DNA of 64,000 bases, taken from contig CAVYLP010000001.1 in assembly GCA_963769425.1 (NCBI GenBank), forward strand, positions 359,804 to 423,803, read 5' to 3'. The notes beneath the pieces are model-generated. The model had not been told where the DNA came from, searched no databases, and saw only the letters and a program-made list of their open reading frames with translations. The stretch comes from Candidatus Bathyarchaeota archaeon. GTDB taxonomy: Archaea > Thermoproteota > Bathyarchaeia > TCS64. The translations under genes and the position numbers were made by a program. Positions 10,226 to 20,133 of the stretch are shown here, one piece after another; within the stretch, counting starts at the first letter, position 1; each line of letters begins with the position of its first letter.

Positions 10226-11215
10226 CTAGATTTTGGCTGTGTTTATAGTCTCTGGGGAGAAGAAATCCTCCACCTTGAAAGGTGATTCGACTAATCCTTG
10301 CTCACTTGAATAGTTAATGAATGCCTCGAGGGTCTTACGGCTCTTTTCGACGCCGTAGGGCCAGTAGTCCTCACCCATAATTTGCGTGGTTTTCTCAAGC
10401 TCAGAGATCATCCAGGGTAGCATGTATTTGAGGGCACTTTGCGCACTCATCTCCCTCGCACAGATATCCTTACTCTCCGCGAAGGCCTTGTATAGGCTGT
10501 ACGCGAGCCATGGGTGTTTCTCGTAGATTTCTCGTTTGACGACGATGAGGTGCATTATCGGGAATATTCCTGTTCGCTGATAATATTCGGTCTCCACATC
10601 CCGGTAGTTTGGGAACAGGCGAGTGACATTAGGTGACCTCTTACGGAAGCTATCCGGTTCCCTGGCGCCAATCAGGGCGTCGATCTCCCCGCTATTCAGC
10701 ATCTCACTCAGGGTCCCGGCTTCCATGTTGGTGATTTGAAGTCCTTTGATGGGCTTGGTTTCCACCCTCTGTTTTCTCCCCGGTTCGTTGAGCCCGCCAG
10801 TGACCCATTTGATATCAGTTGGCTTTACTCCATAGTCATGCTCGAGGAAGCCCCTGATCCAGGTGTTCGCGGTCATTGTGTAATCTGGTACGCCTACCCT
10901 TCTGCCTTTCAGGTCCTCTGGGCGCTTGATCCCCGAGTGGCTGTTGATGAAGATGGAGGAGTGGCGGAAGAATCGTGAAGGAAAGACGGGTATCCCCACA
11001 AAGCGGTGATCTCCCCTTCCTAAGAGGATAGACATTGCACCTAGTGAGAACTCGGATGCATCGAACTCTCCGTGCACCGCCATCCTCCAGAAAAGCTCCT
11101 CTGGGGGCAGGGTGACGTAGTTCAGGTCGACACCCTCAGGCTGAACCTGACCACTCGCCAACGGCCAGGTTCGGTCGTATGGCCCACAGGCCAATGTGAT
11201 TTTAATTTTCGACAA
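10226..11215 (-). CDS. 4,5-dihydroxyphthalate decarboxylase-like / ABC substrate-binding fold protein
   Basis: LACGPYDRT, FDASEFS, IPVFPSRFFRHS, TGIFPIMH, DYWPYG. Confidence 0.8.
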   Translation of the reverse strand: MSKIKITLACGPYDRTWPLASGQVQPEGVDLNYVTLPPEELFWRMAVHGEFDASEFSLGAMSILLGRGDHRFVGIPVFPSRFFRHSSIFINSHSGIKRPEDLKGRRVGVPDYTMTANTWIRGFLEHDYGVKPTDIKWVTGGLNEPGRKQRVETKPIKGLQITNMEAGTLSEMLNSGEIDALIGAREPDSFRKRSPNVTRLFPNYRDVETEYYQRTGIFPIMHLIVVKREIYEKHPWLAYSLYKAFAESKDICAREMSAQSALKYMLPWMISELEKTTQIMGEDYWPYGVEKSRKTLEAFINYSSEQGLVESPFKVEDFFSPETINTAKI

Positions 11216-11221
11216 TTTTAT

Positions 11222-12880
11222 TCACCGGCTTCCTTCCGCCTCGTAAACGATTTCGCCGTTTAGCATCGTCATCTCGGCCCTCATATCTTTGAGTTTCTCA
11301 GTTGGCGCCGAGTATAGGTCGGTGTCCCAGACAACTAGGTCGGCGTACTTTCCGGGCTCAAGTGAGCCGATCCTGTCCTCCATGAAGAGGTGCTTAGCAT
11401 TCCATATAGTGTACGTCCTCAGGGCCTCCTGAACCGTGAGCCTCTCCTTGGGGCAGAGTACATTCCCCCCGAAGGTCTCGCGTGTCACGGCCGCCCAGAG
11501 GCCAACGTTGGCGCTTATGGGACCCGACGGGTAGTCGTGGCTGTTGCCTACAGGAATCCCCTTCGAGATGAAGGTCTTCAGGGGTTTGACGCAGGCGCCT
11601 CTTTCGCCGAGGAAGCGGATGTAGGTGTCGCCCTCGAAGTGGATGAAGGTCGACTGGACGTTGGCCATGACGCCGAGTCTCTTGACACGGTCGATGGCTT
11701 CGGGTGTCGGGTAGTAGATGTGTATGATCTGGTGGCGGGGATCGGGTCGTGGGTTGAGCTTCATGGCGTTCTCTATACCGTCGAGGACCCAGTCGATGGC
11801 CTTGTCACCGATCGTGTGTGTACACGTCTGGAATCCGGCGTCGTGGAAGAGGCGGATCGCCTCCATGAGGTCCTCCTTCTTCCACTTGGTGCGGCCGAAA
11901 TTCTCGGGCTCCCCAACATAGGGTTCGTAGAAGTAGCCGGTCTTTGGCACGACGCCGCCGTCGAGGCTGAGTTTGACTCCCCCGACCCTGAACATGTCGT
12001 CCCCATAAGTTGAGATGTGCTGAATGGTCTCCTTAGCCTGGTCCACAGTTCTCACGAAGCCGTAGAGGGCATATACCCTTGCGGTGAGCTCACCCCTCAT
12101 CCGAGTGTTCTCGTAAGCTACGAGGTCATCCGGCTCCGCTGCCCCAACCACCGCGTCGACGACTGTCGTCATGCCCTCAGCGTTATAGTCGTGGCAGGCT
12201 TTGACGATGGCCTCCTCCTTCCTCTTTGTTGTGATCTTCGGCATCATCTCCTCGAAGGGGTTTGCCGAGGGAAGGATTGTCAAGAAGACTCCAGTAGGCT
12301 CACCGTTCTCATCCTTGTACACCTTTCCGTACTCCGGGTCCGGAGTGTCTCTGTTGACTCCTGCTATCTTGAGTGCTAGACTGTTGGCGGCGACCTTCTG
12401 GTAGACTCTGCCGAGGTAAACCGGGTTATCGGGAGCCGCCTCGTCTAGATCCCATCGGTTGGGGTACCTCTTCTCCTTGAGGAGGTTCTCGTCCCAGCCC
12501 CACCCGAAGACCCATTCACCCTTAGGTGTCTCCTTGGCCTTCTGCGAGACTGCTTCGATTATATCTTGAATTGATTTGACCTTAGGGTACCATAGGTCGA
12601 TTCCAAATAGAGCATTGAGACCGTATCGAAGGAAGTGCTCGTGTGAGGTAATTAGCCCAGGAGTTACACATCTGCCGTCTAGAATGATCAAATTTGTTTG
12701 TTTGCCGATATATTTTTTTACGTCCTCGTTTGTGCCAACGTAGGCAATTCTCCCATATTTTATTGCTAAGGCTTGGGCGATTGTGTCCTTCTCATCGACC
12801 GTGATTATCTTCCCTTCTTGAAGGACTGTGTCAGCTCCAATTGTTTCTGCGATCTTTGGCAGATCCATAACCCAACTCAA
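11222..12880 (-). CDS. Amidohydrolase_3 (YtcJ-like)
   Basis: PGLITSHEH, GVKLSLDG, HTIGDKAID, GSLEPGKYADLVV. Confidence 0.9.
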   Translation of the reverse strand: MSWVMDLPKIAETIGADTVLQEGKIITVDEKDTIAQALAIKYGRIAYVGTNEDVKKYIGKQTNLIILDGRCVTPGLITSHEHFLRYGLNALFGIDLWYPKVKSIQDIIEAVSQKAKETPKGEWVFGWGWDENLLKEKRYPNRWDLDEAAPDNPVYLGRVYQKVAANSLALKIAGVNRDTPDPEYGKVYKDENGEPTGVFLTILPSANPFEEMMPKITTKRKEEAIVKACHDYNAEGMTTVVDAVVGAAEPDDLVAYENTRMRGELTARVYALYGFVRTVDQAKETIQHISTYGDDMFRVGGVKLSLDGGVVPKTGYFYEPYVGEPENFGRTKWKKEDLMEAIRLFHDAGFQTCTHTIGDKAIDWVLDGIENAMKLNPRPDPRHQIIHIYYPTPEAIDRVKRLGVMANVQSTFIHFEGDTYIRFLGERGACVKPLKTFISKGIPVGNSHDYPSGPISANVGLWAAVTRETFGGNVLCPKERLTVQEALRTYTIWNAKHLFMEDRIGSLEPGKYADLVVWDTDLYSAPTEKLKDMRAEMTMLNGEIVYEAEGSR

Positions 12881-12983
12881 TTTAATCGACTAATCGGTGC
12901 CTTATCCACCGATAATACTTTTGACGTTAATAACGAATATTCATTCATCTTGAGATAAATTGGTTACCAGCAAGTAGGTGAAT

Positions 12984-14423
12984 CTAGGCTTTTCCCTTGA
13001 GCTTCTCGGCACTCGCCCTGGCGAGCTCTAGTGGGGGTCTCCGCTCCGTGTCCGGCCTGTAGACGTTGGCGCCGAGGCGCTTCCTTTGCTCCTCCTTGGC
13101 CTTGGCGAGGATCTCGGGATTGGTCATGAGGTCGAGGACGCTGCCCGCCATCGTCTTCGCGGCGAATATGAGGCTCTTGTGGCCGATAGTTGAGCCGGCG
13201 GCGGCGACGAACTGCCAGCTGTGACCGGGGGCGCCGAGTATGTTGCAGGCGGTGCCGAACTCCATGGTGGGCACGTTCCAGCTGACGTGGCTGACGTCTG
13301 TGCTGCCGGGGCTGACCTCGCCGTCGTCCCAGGCGTCGAGGATGTCGGTGGGGAGGTCGACGTCGGCGTACCTCTCCCAGTTCGGCATCTTCGACTTCTT
13401 GAGGGTTTCGATCTTGTTTTCCTTGGGGAAGGTCTTGGCTATCTCGGCGGCGAAGTGGAGCTCCTCCGGGGTGTAGGTGGGTGCGCCGACCTGCCTCATG
13501 TTGGCGACGACGAGTTCGCTCAGTGCCCTGCTTGGGATCTTGTTGTAGCTTCCGCGGTCCATCTCTATCTTGAGGGTGGTCTCGGTCATGAGGGCGGCGC
13601 CTTCGGCGATCTTCTCGACGCGTTTGTAGATGGATTCTAGCTGGTCCATTTCGGGGGCTCGTACGTAGTACCAGCTGCGGGCGTAGTCTGGGACGACGTT
13701 TGGCTGGCCGCCCCCGGCTTCGATTACGTAGTGGATGCGGGCTTTTTCGATGATATGTTCGCGTAGGTAGTTGACGCCGACGTTCATGAGTTCAACAGCA
13801 TCGAGGGCGCTGCGGCCCTGCTCGGGGTTAGCGGCGGCGTGTGCAGTCTTGCCGTAGTAGTTGAACTTGGCGTGTATGGTGGCGGTGCTGCTGGATAAGC
13901 TGGCAACATTTAGGGAGCCGGGGTGGTGGCTGAGGCAGGCGTCGACGCCGTCGAAGAGACCGGCGGCGACCATGAATATCTTTCCCTGAAAGTTCTCCTC
14001 GGCGGGGGTGCCGTAGAAGCGTATAGTGCCCTGCTGCTCACTCTTCTCTAGGGCGTAACGAACAGCAATTGCTGCGCTCATGGCTGTGGTTCCGTGGATG
14101 TTGTGACCGCAGCCGTGACCCATGCCTCCTTCTATGAGGGCTTCTTGGTGGGGCACGACCTTGTTGCTGATGCCGGGGAGGGCATCGTATTCGCCCATAA
14201 CGCCGATTGTGGGCTTCCCCTGGCCCCATTCCGCGGTAATCGCGGTTGGCATGCCTGCTACTCCGAGTTTGACTTTGAATCCGTGTTTCTCAAGGGTGTC
14301 TGCGATTAATTTACTGCTCTTTTCCTCGAGTAGCCCATACTCAGCGAAACCCCAGATATCGTCGCTGATTTTAGCTAACTGGTTTTTGTTATTCTCGATC
14401 CAGGTCCACGCAGTTTCCTTCAA
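12984..14423 (-). CDS. M20 amidohydrolase, AbgB (p-aminobenzoyl-glutamate hydrolase B)-like
   Basis: EYDALPG, GHGCGHN, GTPAEE, GRSALDAVELMN, GSTDV, GHSWQ. Confidence 0.9.
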   Translation of the reverse strand: MKETAWTWIENNKNQLAKISDDIWGFAEYGLLEEKSSKLIADTLEKHGFKVKLGVAGMPTAITAEWGQGKPTIGVMGEYDALPGISNKVVPHQEALIEGGMGHGCGHNIHGTTAMSAAIAVRYALEKSEQQGTIRFYGTPAEENFQGKIFMVAAGLFDGVDACLSHHPGSLNVASLSSSTATIHAKFNYYGKTAHAAANPEQGRSALDAVELMNVGVNYLREHIIEKARIHYVIEAGGGQPNVVPDYARSWYYVRAPEMDQLESIYKRVEKIAEGAALMTETTLKIEMDRGSYNKIPSRALSELVVANMRQVGAPTYTPEELHFAAEIAKTFPKENKIETLKKSKMPNWERYADVDLPTDILDAWDDGEVSPGSTDVSHVSWNVPTMEFGTACNILGAPGHSWQFVAAAGSTIGHKSLIFAAKTMAGSVLDLMTNPEILAKAKEEQRKRLGANVYRPDTERRPPLELARASAEKLKGKA

Positions 14424-14521
14424 GATAATAAACCATCAAGAATTTTTACTTTAAGGGTAAAAAGCTATGCACGCACACCCATTGAAGAGTTCCCCTATTG
14501 TAAGGACCGGTTGCCTTCCCT

Positions 14522-15379
14522 TTATAGTGCTAAAAATATGCTGATGATTATGGGGATGTCAGTTCCGGCGTGGAACAGAACCGAGCCCATGATACTATCC
14601 GTTCTCTGCGAGATATACCCCCAAGCGAGACCGAGGAAGAACGTGAGGATCACGAAGAAGTAGGGCTCAGGGGTGTAAGCAACGCTCAGGTGTATAGTAC
14701 AGAAGACGATCGCCTGCAGGAGGTTAGCGAGTTTAGGTCCGAAGAGCGCCTCATACTTTTTTAGAAATAACCCACGGTACATCGACTCCTCCAGTAATCC
14801 GTTTGAGAGTACGAATACCAAGATCCAAGGGGCCCACTCGATTACTTTGGAACTCATGTTCTGAGCTCCGAACAATAACGTGGCAACTGGGACTGAAGAT
14901 ATTGCAAAAAATGCGAAGGCAACTATACCTACAAGAAGTCCAATTCTGAATTTTCCCCACTTGACATATATTGAGCCCAGATCATCTCCAGATATCCTTG
15001 TCAATGCTATTATGGGTATGATAGTCAGTAGCGCTGCTAGCGCCTTTTCAAGGGCTATAGACTCCGTAGTTAGCTGGTATGATATGAACTGGAAAACCAG
15101 CCATTGAAGTAGGAATGCTGCTCCCCCGATGAAGAAGGAGAATAGGACCGGCCAATATTTGTTGAATTGACTGCTTTTTCGCAGGGTTATTACGAGGATG
15201 AGGGATACAATGGGGACCGCTATTTTGTAGATAGCGCGGATTACGACTGGGACTGGGATATTGTTCATTTGTAGCGGACCCAATGCAAATATGCCGTATA
15301 ATGTGAGGAACAACAATGATCCTAGATTATTTCTTGGGTTTTTCGATGACGTTTTCAATATTACTTGTTCTCCCTTCAA
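14522..15379 (-). CDS. CPBP (CAAX protease-like) intramembrane metalloprotease
   Basis: Multi-TM; EESMYRG, FCTIH, VLFHAG motifs. Confidence 0.85.
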   Translation of the reverse strand: MKGEQVILKTSSKNPRNNLGSLLFLTLYGIFALGPLQMNNIPVPVVIRAIYKIAVPIVSLILVITLRKSSQFNKYWPVLFSFFIGGAAFLLQWLVFQFISYQLTTESIALEKALAALLTIIPIIALTRISGDDLGSIYVKWGKFRIGLLVGIVAFAFFAISSVPVATLLFGAQNMSSKVIEWAPWILVFVLSNGLLEESMYRGLFLKKYEALFGPKLANLLQAIVFCTIHLSVAYTPEPYFFVILTFFLGLAWGYISQRTDSIMGSVLFHAGTDIPIIISIFLAL

Positions 15380-15639
15380 CTCATTTTAATCGATTAGAAT
15401 GTAAATCTACCTAGTTCGACAATGTACGCGCGCCACGGTAAAATGCCTCAGTGAAAATGTAGTGTAATGATTTTCTTGAGTGCGGCCTGGGTCAATATTT
15501 TAGAGGCATTAAGCGCGCTTTGAATAAGTTCCAGCCAGACAATAAGTATTAGGATGTGATAATGGCACAAGCCTAGAAAAAATCGGATACGCGCCACCAA
15601 AAATTTAAACAACTTACTAATTTAATTTAATCGGTTATA

Positions 15640-15897
15640 ATGGGAGAAGAGAAAAAGAGGCCGAAGAAGGCACTCAACAAAGCGAAAGAGATACTGGATA
15701 ATAAGGTAAATAGAAAGAGAATCGATTTTTTAGTAACTTATGAAGTTGAGGGATCCAGATCCAAGAAACAGAAGGTACACGCCTATTCGAAAGAAGAGGC
15801 GGAGGAGATATTGACCACGAAGCTAGATTCACAAGTATCAGCTGGGGAGATCAACGGTTTTAAAATCATCTCAGTAGAAATTGAAAATACACCGTAA
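15640..15897 (+). CDS. Hypothetical small charged protein
   Basis: 85-aa ORF preceded by TATA-like TTTAAA. Confidence 0.55.
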   Translation: MGEEKKRPKKALNKAKEILDNKVNRKRIDFLVTYEVEGSRSKKQKVHAYSKEEAEEILTTKLDSQVSAGEINGFKIISVEIENTP

Positions 15898-16005
15898 TAA
15901 CGTATTCATAAATTTTAATCCAAGAGGTGCGTTGCTAAGTAAAAACAATATTTGAAGGATAAGATATTAAAAGAAAATAATTCCCAAACTGGGGGGTTAT
16001 ATTCT

Positions 16006-16206
16006 TTATTTTCTCCGAGTTAAAGAAAGAACGGCAATGACTAAGAAAGCAATACCAGTGTAGAGTTCATTACCAGTCAAAAACCAGACCACCGCTGCTA
16101 TTATTGCCGCGGGTAGGAAGAATAGAAGAGCCCCAGCCACCATGATGATAATAACCCCAATTAAAACGAGGACCCCTAAGGCAACGATTGTCTCAATTCC
16201 ACTCAT
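16006..16206 (-). CDS. Small membrane protein
   Basis: 66 aa, almost entirely hydrophobic, basic C-terminus. Confidence 0.7.
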   Translation of the reverse strand: MSGIETIVALGVLVLIGVIIIMVAGALLFFLPAAIIAAVVWFLTGNELYTGIAFLVIAVLSLTRRK

Positions 16207-16246
16207 TAGGTATCACTTTTCCAGTTTTATTCCCGCTAGATAGTAG

Positions 16247-16408
16247 TCATTTACCTGTGACTACGTCTCTTCCCTGAATGAGCCTGATGACTACCACGAT
16301 TACGGCGATAACTAATAATACATGAATTAAGCTACCACCGATTCCACCGATTAGCCCAAGCAGCCAGAGAACAACGAGGACTACGGCGACCGTCCAGAAA
16401 AGGTCCAT
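16247..16408 (-). CDS. lmo0937-family small membrane protein (53 aa), absent from ORF track
   Basis: MDLFWTVAVVLVVLWLLGLIGGIGGSLIHVLLVIAVIVVVIRLIQGRDVVTGK; LWLLG...GGSLIHxLL pattern. Confidence 0.8.
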   Translation of the reverse strand: MDLFWTVAVVLVVLWLLGLIGGIGGSLIHVLLVIAVIVVVIRLIQGRDVVTGK

Positions 16409-16413
16409 TTAAA

Positions 16414-16686
16414 TCAGCCCCTGTGAGCGTGCTCGATTTTGTCTTTCTCTTTCTCGAGCCCCTTCTTGATCTTATCCGCGCCCTTTCTAACTCCCTTAAC
16501 TACGGCCTCTCCAGCATCCTCCGCCTTTTGCTCTACGCTCTTATTATCGTTGATTCCCTTTTTTACGCCTTTACCAAACGCTTTGGCGGTGTTGCCTGCC
16601 TTTTCAGCGCTCTTCCCCACGGCTTCTCCGATTGCCTTCGCATTTTCCTCTATTGTCTTTTTCTTGTTCGTTGACATTTTCATCAA
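16414..16686 (-). CDS. LEA-like K/E/A/G-rich helical repeat protein
   Basis: KTIEENAKAIGEAVGKSAEKAGNTAKAFGKGVKKG followed by a second related unit. Confidence 0.7.
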   Translation of the reverse strand: MMKMSTNKKKTIEENAKAIGEAVGKSAEKAGNTAKAFGKGVKKGINDNKSVEQKAEDAGEAVVKGVRKGADKIKKGLEKEKDKIEHAHRG

Positions 16687-16716
16687 ACCTCAATTATTTC
16701 CATAATATCGTTTTTT

Positions 16717-17107
16717 TTAAATATTCTTGATTTTATCTTTCTCTATCTGGATTTCACCCTTAATGTCGTCGACGCCATCGATCACTACCTTAACTAAGGC
16801 TTCACCTGCTTCCTCAGCCTTTTGCTCTAAAGGCTTAGCATCATCGATTCCCTTCTTTATCCCGTCCCCAAACGCCCCAGCGGCCTTACCCACCTTTTCG
16901 GCGCCTCCATCACGCCCTTAATTACGGCCTCTCTGACGTCCCCAACTTTTTCCTCTAAGGGCCTATTCTCATCCATTCCCTTCTGGATTCCTTCTCCAAA
17001 TGCCTTCACTGCCTTGCACGCCATTTTTGCGTTCTTTCCAACGACTATACCAATTTCCTGCGCTGTCTCCTCGATGGTTTTGTTGTCTGCATGTTGTAAC
17101 TTGTCAT
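16717..17107 (-). CDS. Longer paralog of the LEA-like repeat protein, frameshifted
   Basis: Joined across frames: KTIEETAQEIGIVVGKNAKMACKAVKAFGEGIQKG...AEKVGKAAGAFGDGIKKGIDDAKPLEQKAEEAGEALVK...EKDKIKNI. Confidence 0.65.
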
Positions 17108-17136
17108 TTTTATTATCAATCCTTCGAACTTACTCA

Positions 17137-17227
17137 CACTATAGTGGTACTACGTAGTATATATACTGATGTATACCACGATAGGTATATATGGTGGTAT
17201 TAAGTGGTATATTGTGTAGCTGTGGTA
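17137..17227. promoter_or_regulatory. Divergent promoter region with palindromes and GTGGTA repeats
   Basis: CACTATAGTG (17137-46), TACTACGTAGTA (17148-59), AGTATATATACT (17156-67); GTGGTA at 17144, 17194, 17204, 17222; TACCAC at 17174. Confidence 0.5.
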
Positions 17228-17382
17228 TGAGAAAAATTACATTGAGCCTGCCTGACGAATTGGAAAATGAGCTTAGGTTAAGGACTGAGGTCGATTATGC
17301 TGGAATCAAGGGTGGACTATCCATCATTGTGATTCAGGCTCTCCGTGAGTGGTTTAGGAATCATCCTCGGGAGCAGAGTTAA
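17227..17382 (+). CDS. Ribbon-helix-helix (CopG-like) regulator
   Basis: MRKITLSLPDELENELR...LSIIVIQALREW: alternating beta strand plus two helices. Confidence 0.75.
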   Translation: MRKITLSLPDELENELRLRTEVDYAGIKGGLSIIVIQALREWFRNHPREQS

Positions 17383-17490
17383 GACTTTTTTTCCGCACGC
17401 GGATTGTGAATTTTATGGCATTCAATAACAATTACTCGATAATGACAATAATACACAATATATCCGGTAATCACTCGGGAGGATTTTAAG

Positions 17491-17883
17491 TTGTATCGGA
17501 TGATTTCCCACTCCTGCATCAATCACATTATTGTTCCGATTTTTGATCGGCTAGGAAGTGAGGAAAATGTTGATTCCGAGCATGAAATTTGCTTAATGAT
17601 AAGACGCAATGAACATCTGAGAGACCATTTTAATGACCCTAGATTGAGAAAGAAGTTCGATGAGATACTTGATTATCGTGGGGTACGTTTTACCCTGTCA
17701 AAATTTGGATCTCGCCTCGAAATCTCAAATGAAAAGATAATGGATTCCGTTCCTTGGTGGATGGATCGGTTAAAGGAATCAAAGCCGAGTCTGTATAATG
17801 CAATCGATCTCGAACCAGCTGGCAGAATCTGGTTTGGTGCTGTCTTAGTAGACATGGTTGCTCTGCTTCGTGAATATTTATGA
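17491..17883 (+). CDS. Hypothetical protein
   Basis: ORF directly upstream of the ABC1 kinase; start uncertain. Confidence 0.5.
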   Translation: MYRMISHSCINHIIVPIFDRLGSEENVDSEHEICLMIRRNEHLRDHFNDPRLRKKFDEILDYRGVRFTLSKFGSRLEISNEKIMDSVPWWMDRLKESKPSLYNAIDLEPAGRIWFGAVLVDMVALLREYL

Positions 17884-17893
17884 TGTGACTAGA

Positions 17894-19537
17894 ATGGTTA
17901 AAACGCATCTTTATAGTCGTCGTAGACGTGCTCAGGAAATCTCTGCTATACTAACGAAGTATGGTTTTGAGATAGTGTTATTAGACATTTTCCAGGGCAG
18001 AATAAAGGAAAGGTTTCATAGATACGATACCATCCCTGCACCGGAAATTATTCCTATAGTCATTCCAGACATTATTCCGAAACTGGTCCCGAAAGTCATC
18101 AAGTCGAAGATTCTCAGACAGGATCCTAATCTTGCAAATCTCAACATCTATAGACGTTTCCGTCTAGCCATACAAGAGCTCGGTCCAGTATTCGTCAAAT
18201 TTGGACAGATCATGAGCACCCGCCAGGAATCGTTGCCAGTCGAATTGATAAAAGAGTTGAAGATGCTTAATGATAAAGTAGAGCCGGTGCCATTTGAAGA
18301 GATTAAGGCAATAATTGAGGAGTATGCCCCAATCGAGAAGAGCTTTGCCTATTTGAATGAGATTCCCTTTGCGGCGGCGAGTCTCAGTCAAGAACATGAA
18401 GCAAAATTGAAAGACGGCTCAGACGTCGTGCTAAAGGTACAACGTCCCGGAATACGAGAGAAAGTCGCTATAGATTTAAGCATACTCAAATTCATAGCCA
18501 AAAAGTTCGACTCATTATATGACTTAAATATCTACAATTTCCCCGGGATAGTTGAGGATTTTTCTAAACAGATTACCTCTGAACTCGACTTCACTAGAGA
18601 CGGAAAAAATGCTGAACTTTTAGCAAAGAATATGGAGGGAATGAAGGGCATTCGAATTCCTAAAATCTATTGGGAGTTTTCCGGAAGTCGTCTACTAGTT
18701 ATGGAGCACATGTATGGCGTTCGGATAGATGATGTTGTTGCCCTAAAAAGCATGGGGATTGATACTCGTGACGTCGCACGTAATGGTTTACACGCCTATC
18801 TTAAGCAGATATTTCAGGACGGTTTCTTCCATGGGGACCCGCATCCGGGTAATCTTCTGGTTACCCAGAATGGTGATATTGTATTCCTAGATTTTGGTTT
18901 GATAGGGGTACTTCGCCCTGAGAAAAGGGATTTATTACTAAGAATGCTAACCGGGGTTCTCAATGCCGATGTTGACGAGTTAGTTCGTGTGTTTAATGAA
19001 TTGGGCATGAAGATTAATGACGCATTGGTCGAGTCTTTTAAGGATGAACTCTATGTTAATCTCCTTGAGGGTCAAAATGTCAAAATTATTGATCCTAAGA
19101 AACCAGATACTGAAGCCTTCTTAGCGATTACCAATACACTGCGAAAGTATCGTCTTCGAATTCCGATGGTCGCTATGCTGATGATTAAAGTAATTATGAT
19201 GGTCGGTGACTATAGTTTGGATATCTGGCCCGAGTTTAATTTCCTAGTTGAGGTTAGACCTTATTTAACGGAAATTGTAAAGGACAGGATTATTGGCCAA
19301 GTGGAAAAGACTGTTTATAATCTCCCCGACACAGCACAGGAAGTTGCTCAGATGCCACGTAGCGTTAACGAAGCAAGCAGGGTTCTAACAAACGGAAATC
19401 TTATTGTTAGATTAACAGACGATGACGTTGATCGTCTTGGAGATCGTATTGGGACCGCTGTGAAGAGTGGAGCTAACAGGATTTTATTTGGTATCATTAT
19501 TCTCTCCGGTGTAATCTTGTATCTGTTCTTCAGGTAA
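17894..19537 (+). CDS. ABC1/UbiB (AarF) atypical kinase, canonical motifs
   Basis: LGPVFVKFGQ, AAASLSQ, VLKVQRP, ELDF, FFHGDPHPGN, DFG, C-terminal TM. Confidence 0.92.
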   Translation: MVKTHLYSRRRRAQEISAILTKYGFEIVLLDIFQGRIKERFHRYDTIPAPEIIPIVIPDIIPKLVPKVIKSKILRQDPNLANLNIYRRFRLAIQELGPVFVKFGQIMSTRQESLPVELIKELKMLNDKVEPVPFEEIKAIIEEYAPIEKSFAYLNEIPFAAASLSQEHEAKLKDGSDVVLKVQRPGIREKVAIDLSILKFIAKKFDSLYDLNIYNFPGIVEDFSKQITSELDFTRDGKNAELLAKNMEGMKGIRIPKIYWEFSGSRLLVMEHMYGVRIDDVVALKSMGIDTRDVARNGLHAYLKQIFQDGFFHGDPHPGNLLVTQNGDIVFLDFGLIGVLRPEKRDLLLRMLTGVLNADVDELVRVFNELGMKINDALVESFKDELYVNLLEGQNVKIIDPKKPDTEAFLAITNTLRKYRLRIPMVAMLMIKVIMMVGDYSLDIWPEFNFLVEVRPYLTEIVKDRIIGQVEKTVYNLPDTAQEVAQMPRSVNEASRVLTNGNLIVRLTDDDVDRLGDRIGTAVKSGANRILFGIIILSGVILYLFFR

Positions 19538-19560
19538 TTTTAATAGTTAAAAGGAAATTG

Positions 19561-19677
19561 AGCTATCTGAATGAGCGCCCTTTCGCGGCTGCCAGCCTCA
19601 GTTAGGCACGCTAAGCAAATCTGAAATATAGAAGATTCATCGTATTGAAGGTACAACGCCCGGGAATTTGGGAGTAA
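19561..19677 (+). pseudogene. Decayed fragment of an ABC1/UbiB kinase
   Basis: SYLNERPFAAASLS*AR*ANLKYRRFIVLKVQRPGIWE* aligns with AYLNEIPFAAASLSQEHEAKLKDGSDVVLKVQRPGIREK of the upstream kinase. Confidence 0.8.
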
Positions 19678-19724
19678 GCGCGCGCCATTTTTGGTTTATT
19701 AACAGCGCCACTTATCTTACAATC

Positions 19725-19895
19725 ATGAGTAAAGACGAAGTAAAGGGTAGAGGTAAGAAGATAAAGGGACAGATCCGTGAAGAAATCGGAAAAATAACCG
19801 ATAACAAAACGGAGCAGGTCAAGGGCAAGATTGAGCAGGTCGAAGGGAAGGTTCAGGAGGAAGTCGGGAAAATAAAGAGGAAGGCTAAAGATTAG
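19725..19895 (+). CDS. csbD: CsbD family general stress protein
   Basis: MSKDEVKGRGKKIKGQIREEIGKITDN...GKIEQVEGKVQEEVG pattern. Confidence 0.85.
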   Translation: MSKDEVKGRGKKIKGQIREEIGKITDNKTEQVKGKIEQVEGKVQEEVGKIKRKAKD

Positions 19896-20133
19896 AGGCC
19901 TTCAAACACCCCTTTTAAATATATCTCATTTTTTTACCGATAGGAGGAACTGAGATGCATAAAATTTGGTAAAAACTAACATATTTCGCTGCATATATTC
20001 AATCAATGGGCGAAGCATGTTGGACTGCTATATTGAAGCTGCCAAAAAAGATGCAGAGAATACTCGCCTATAAGCACACATTCTAGAACATGTATTCCTC
20101 GCCACGAACAATAGATCACTGGAGAATAATACA

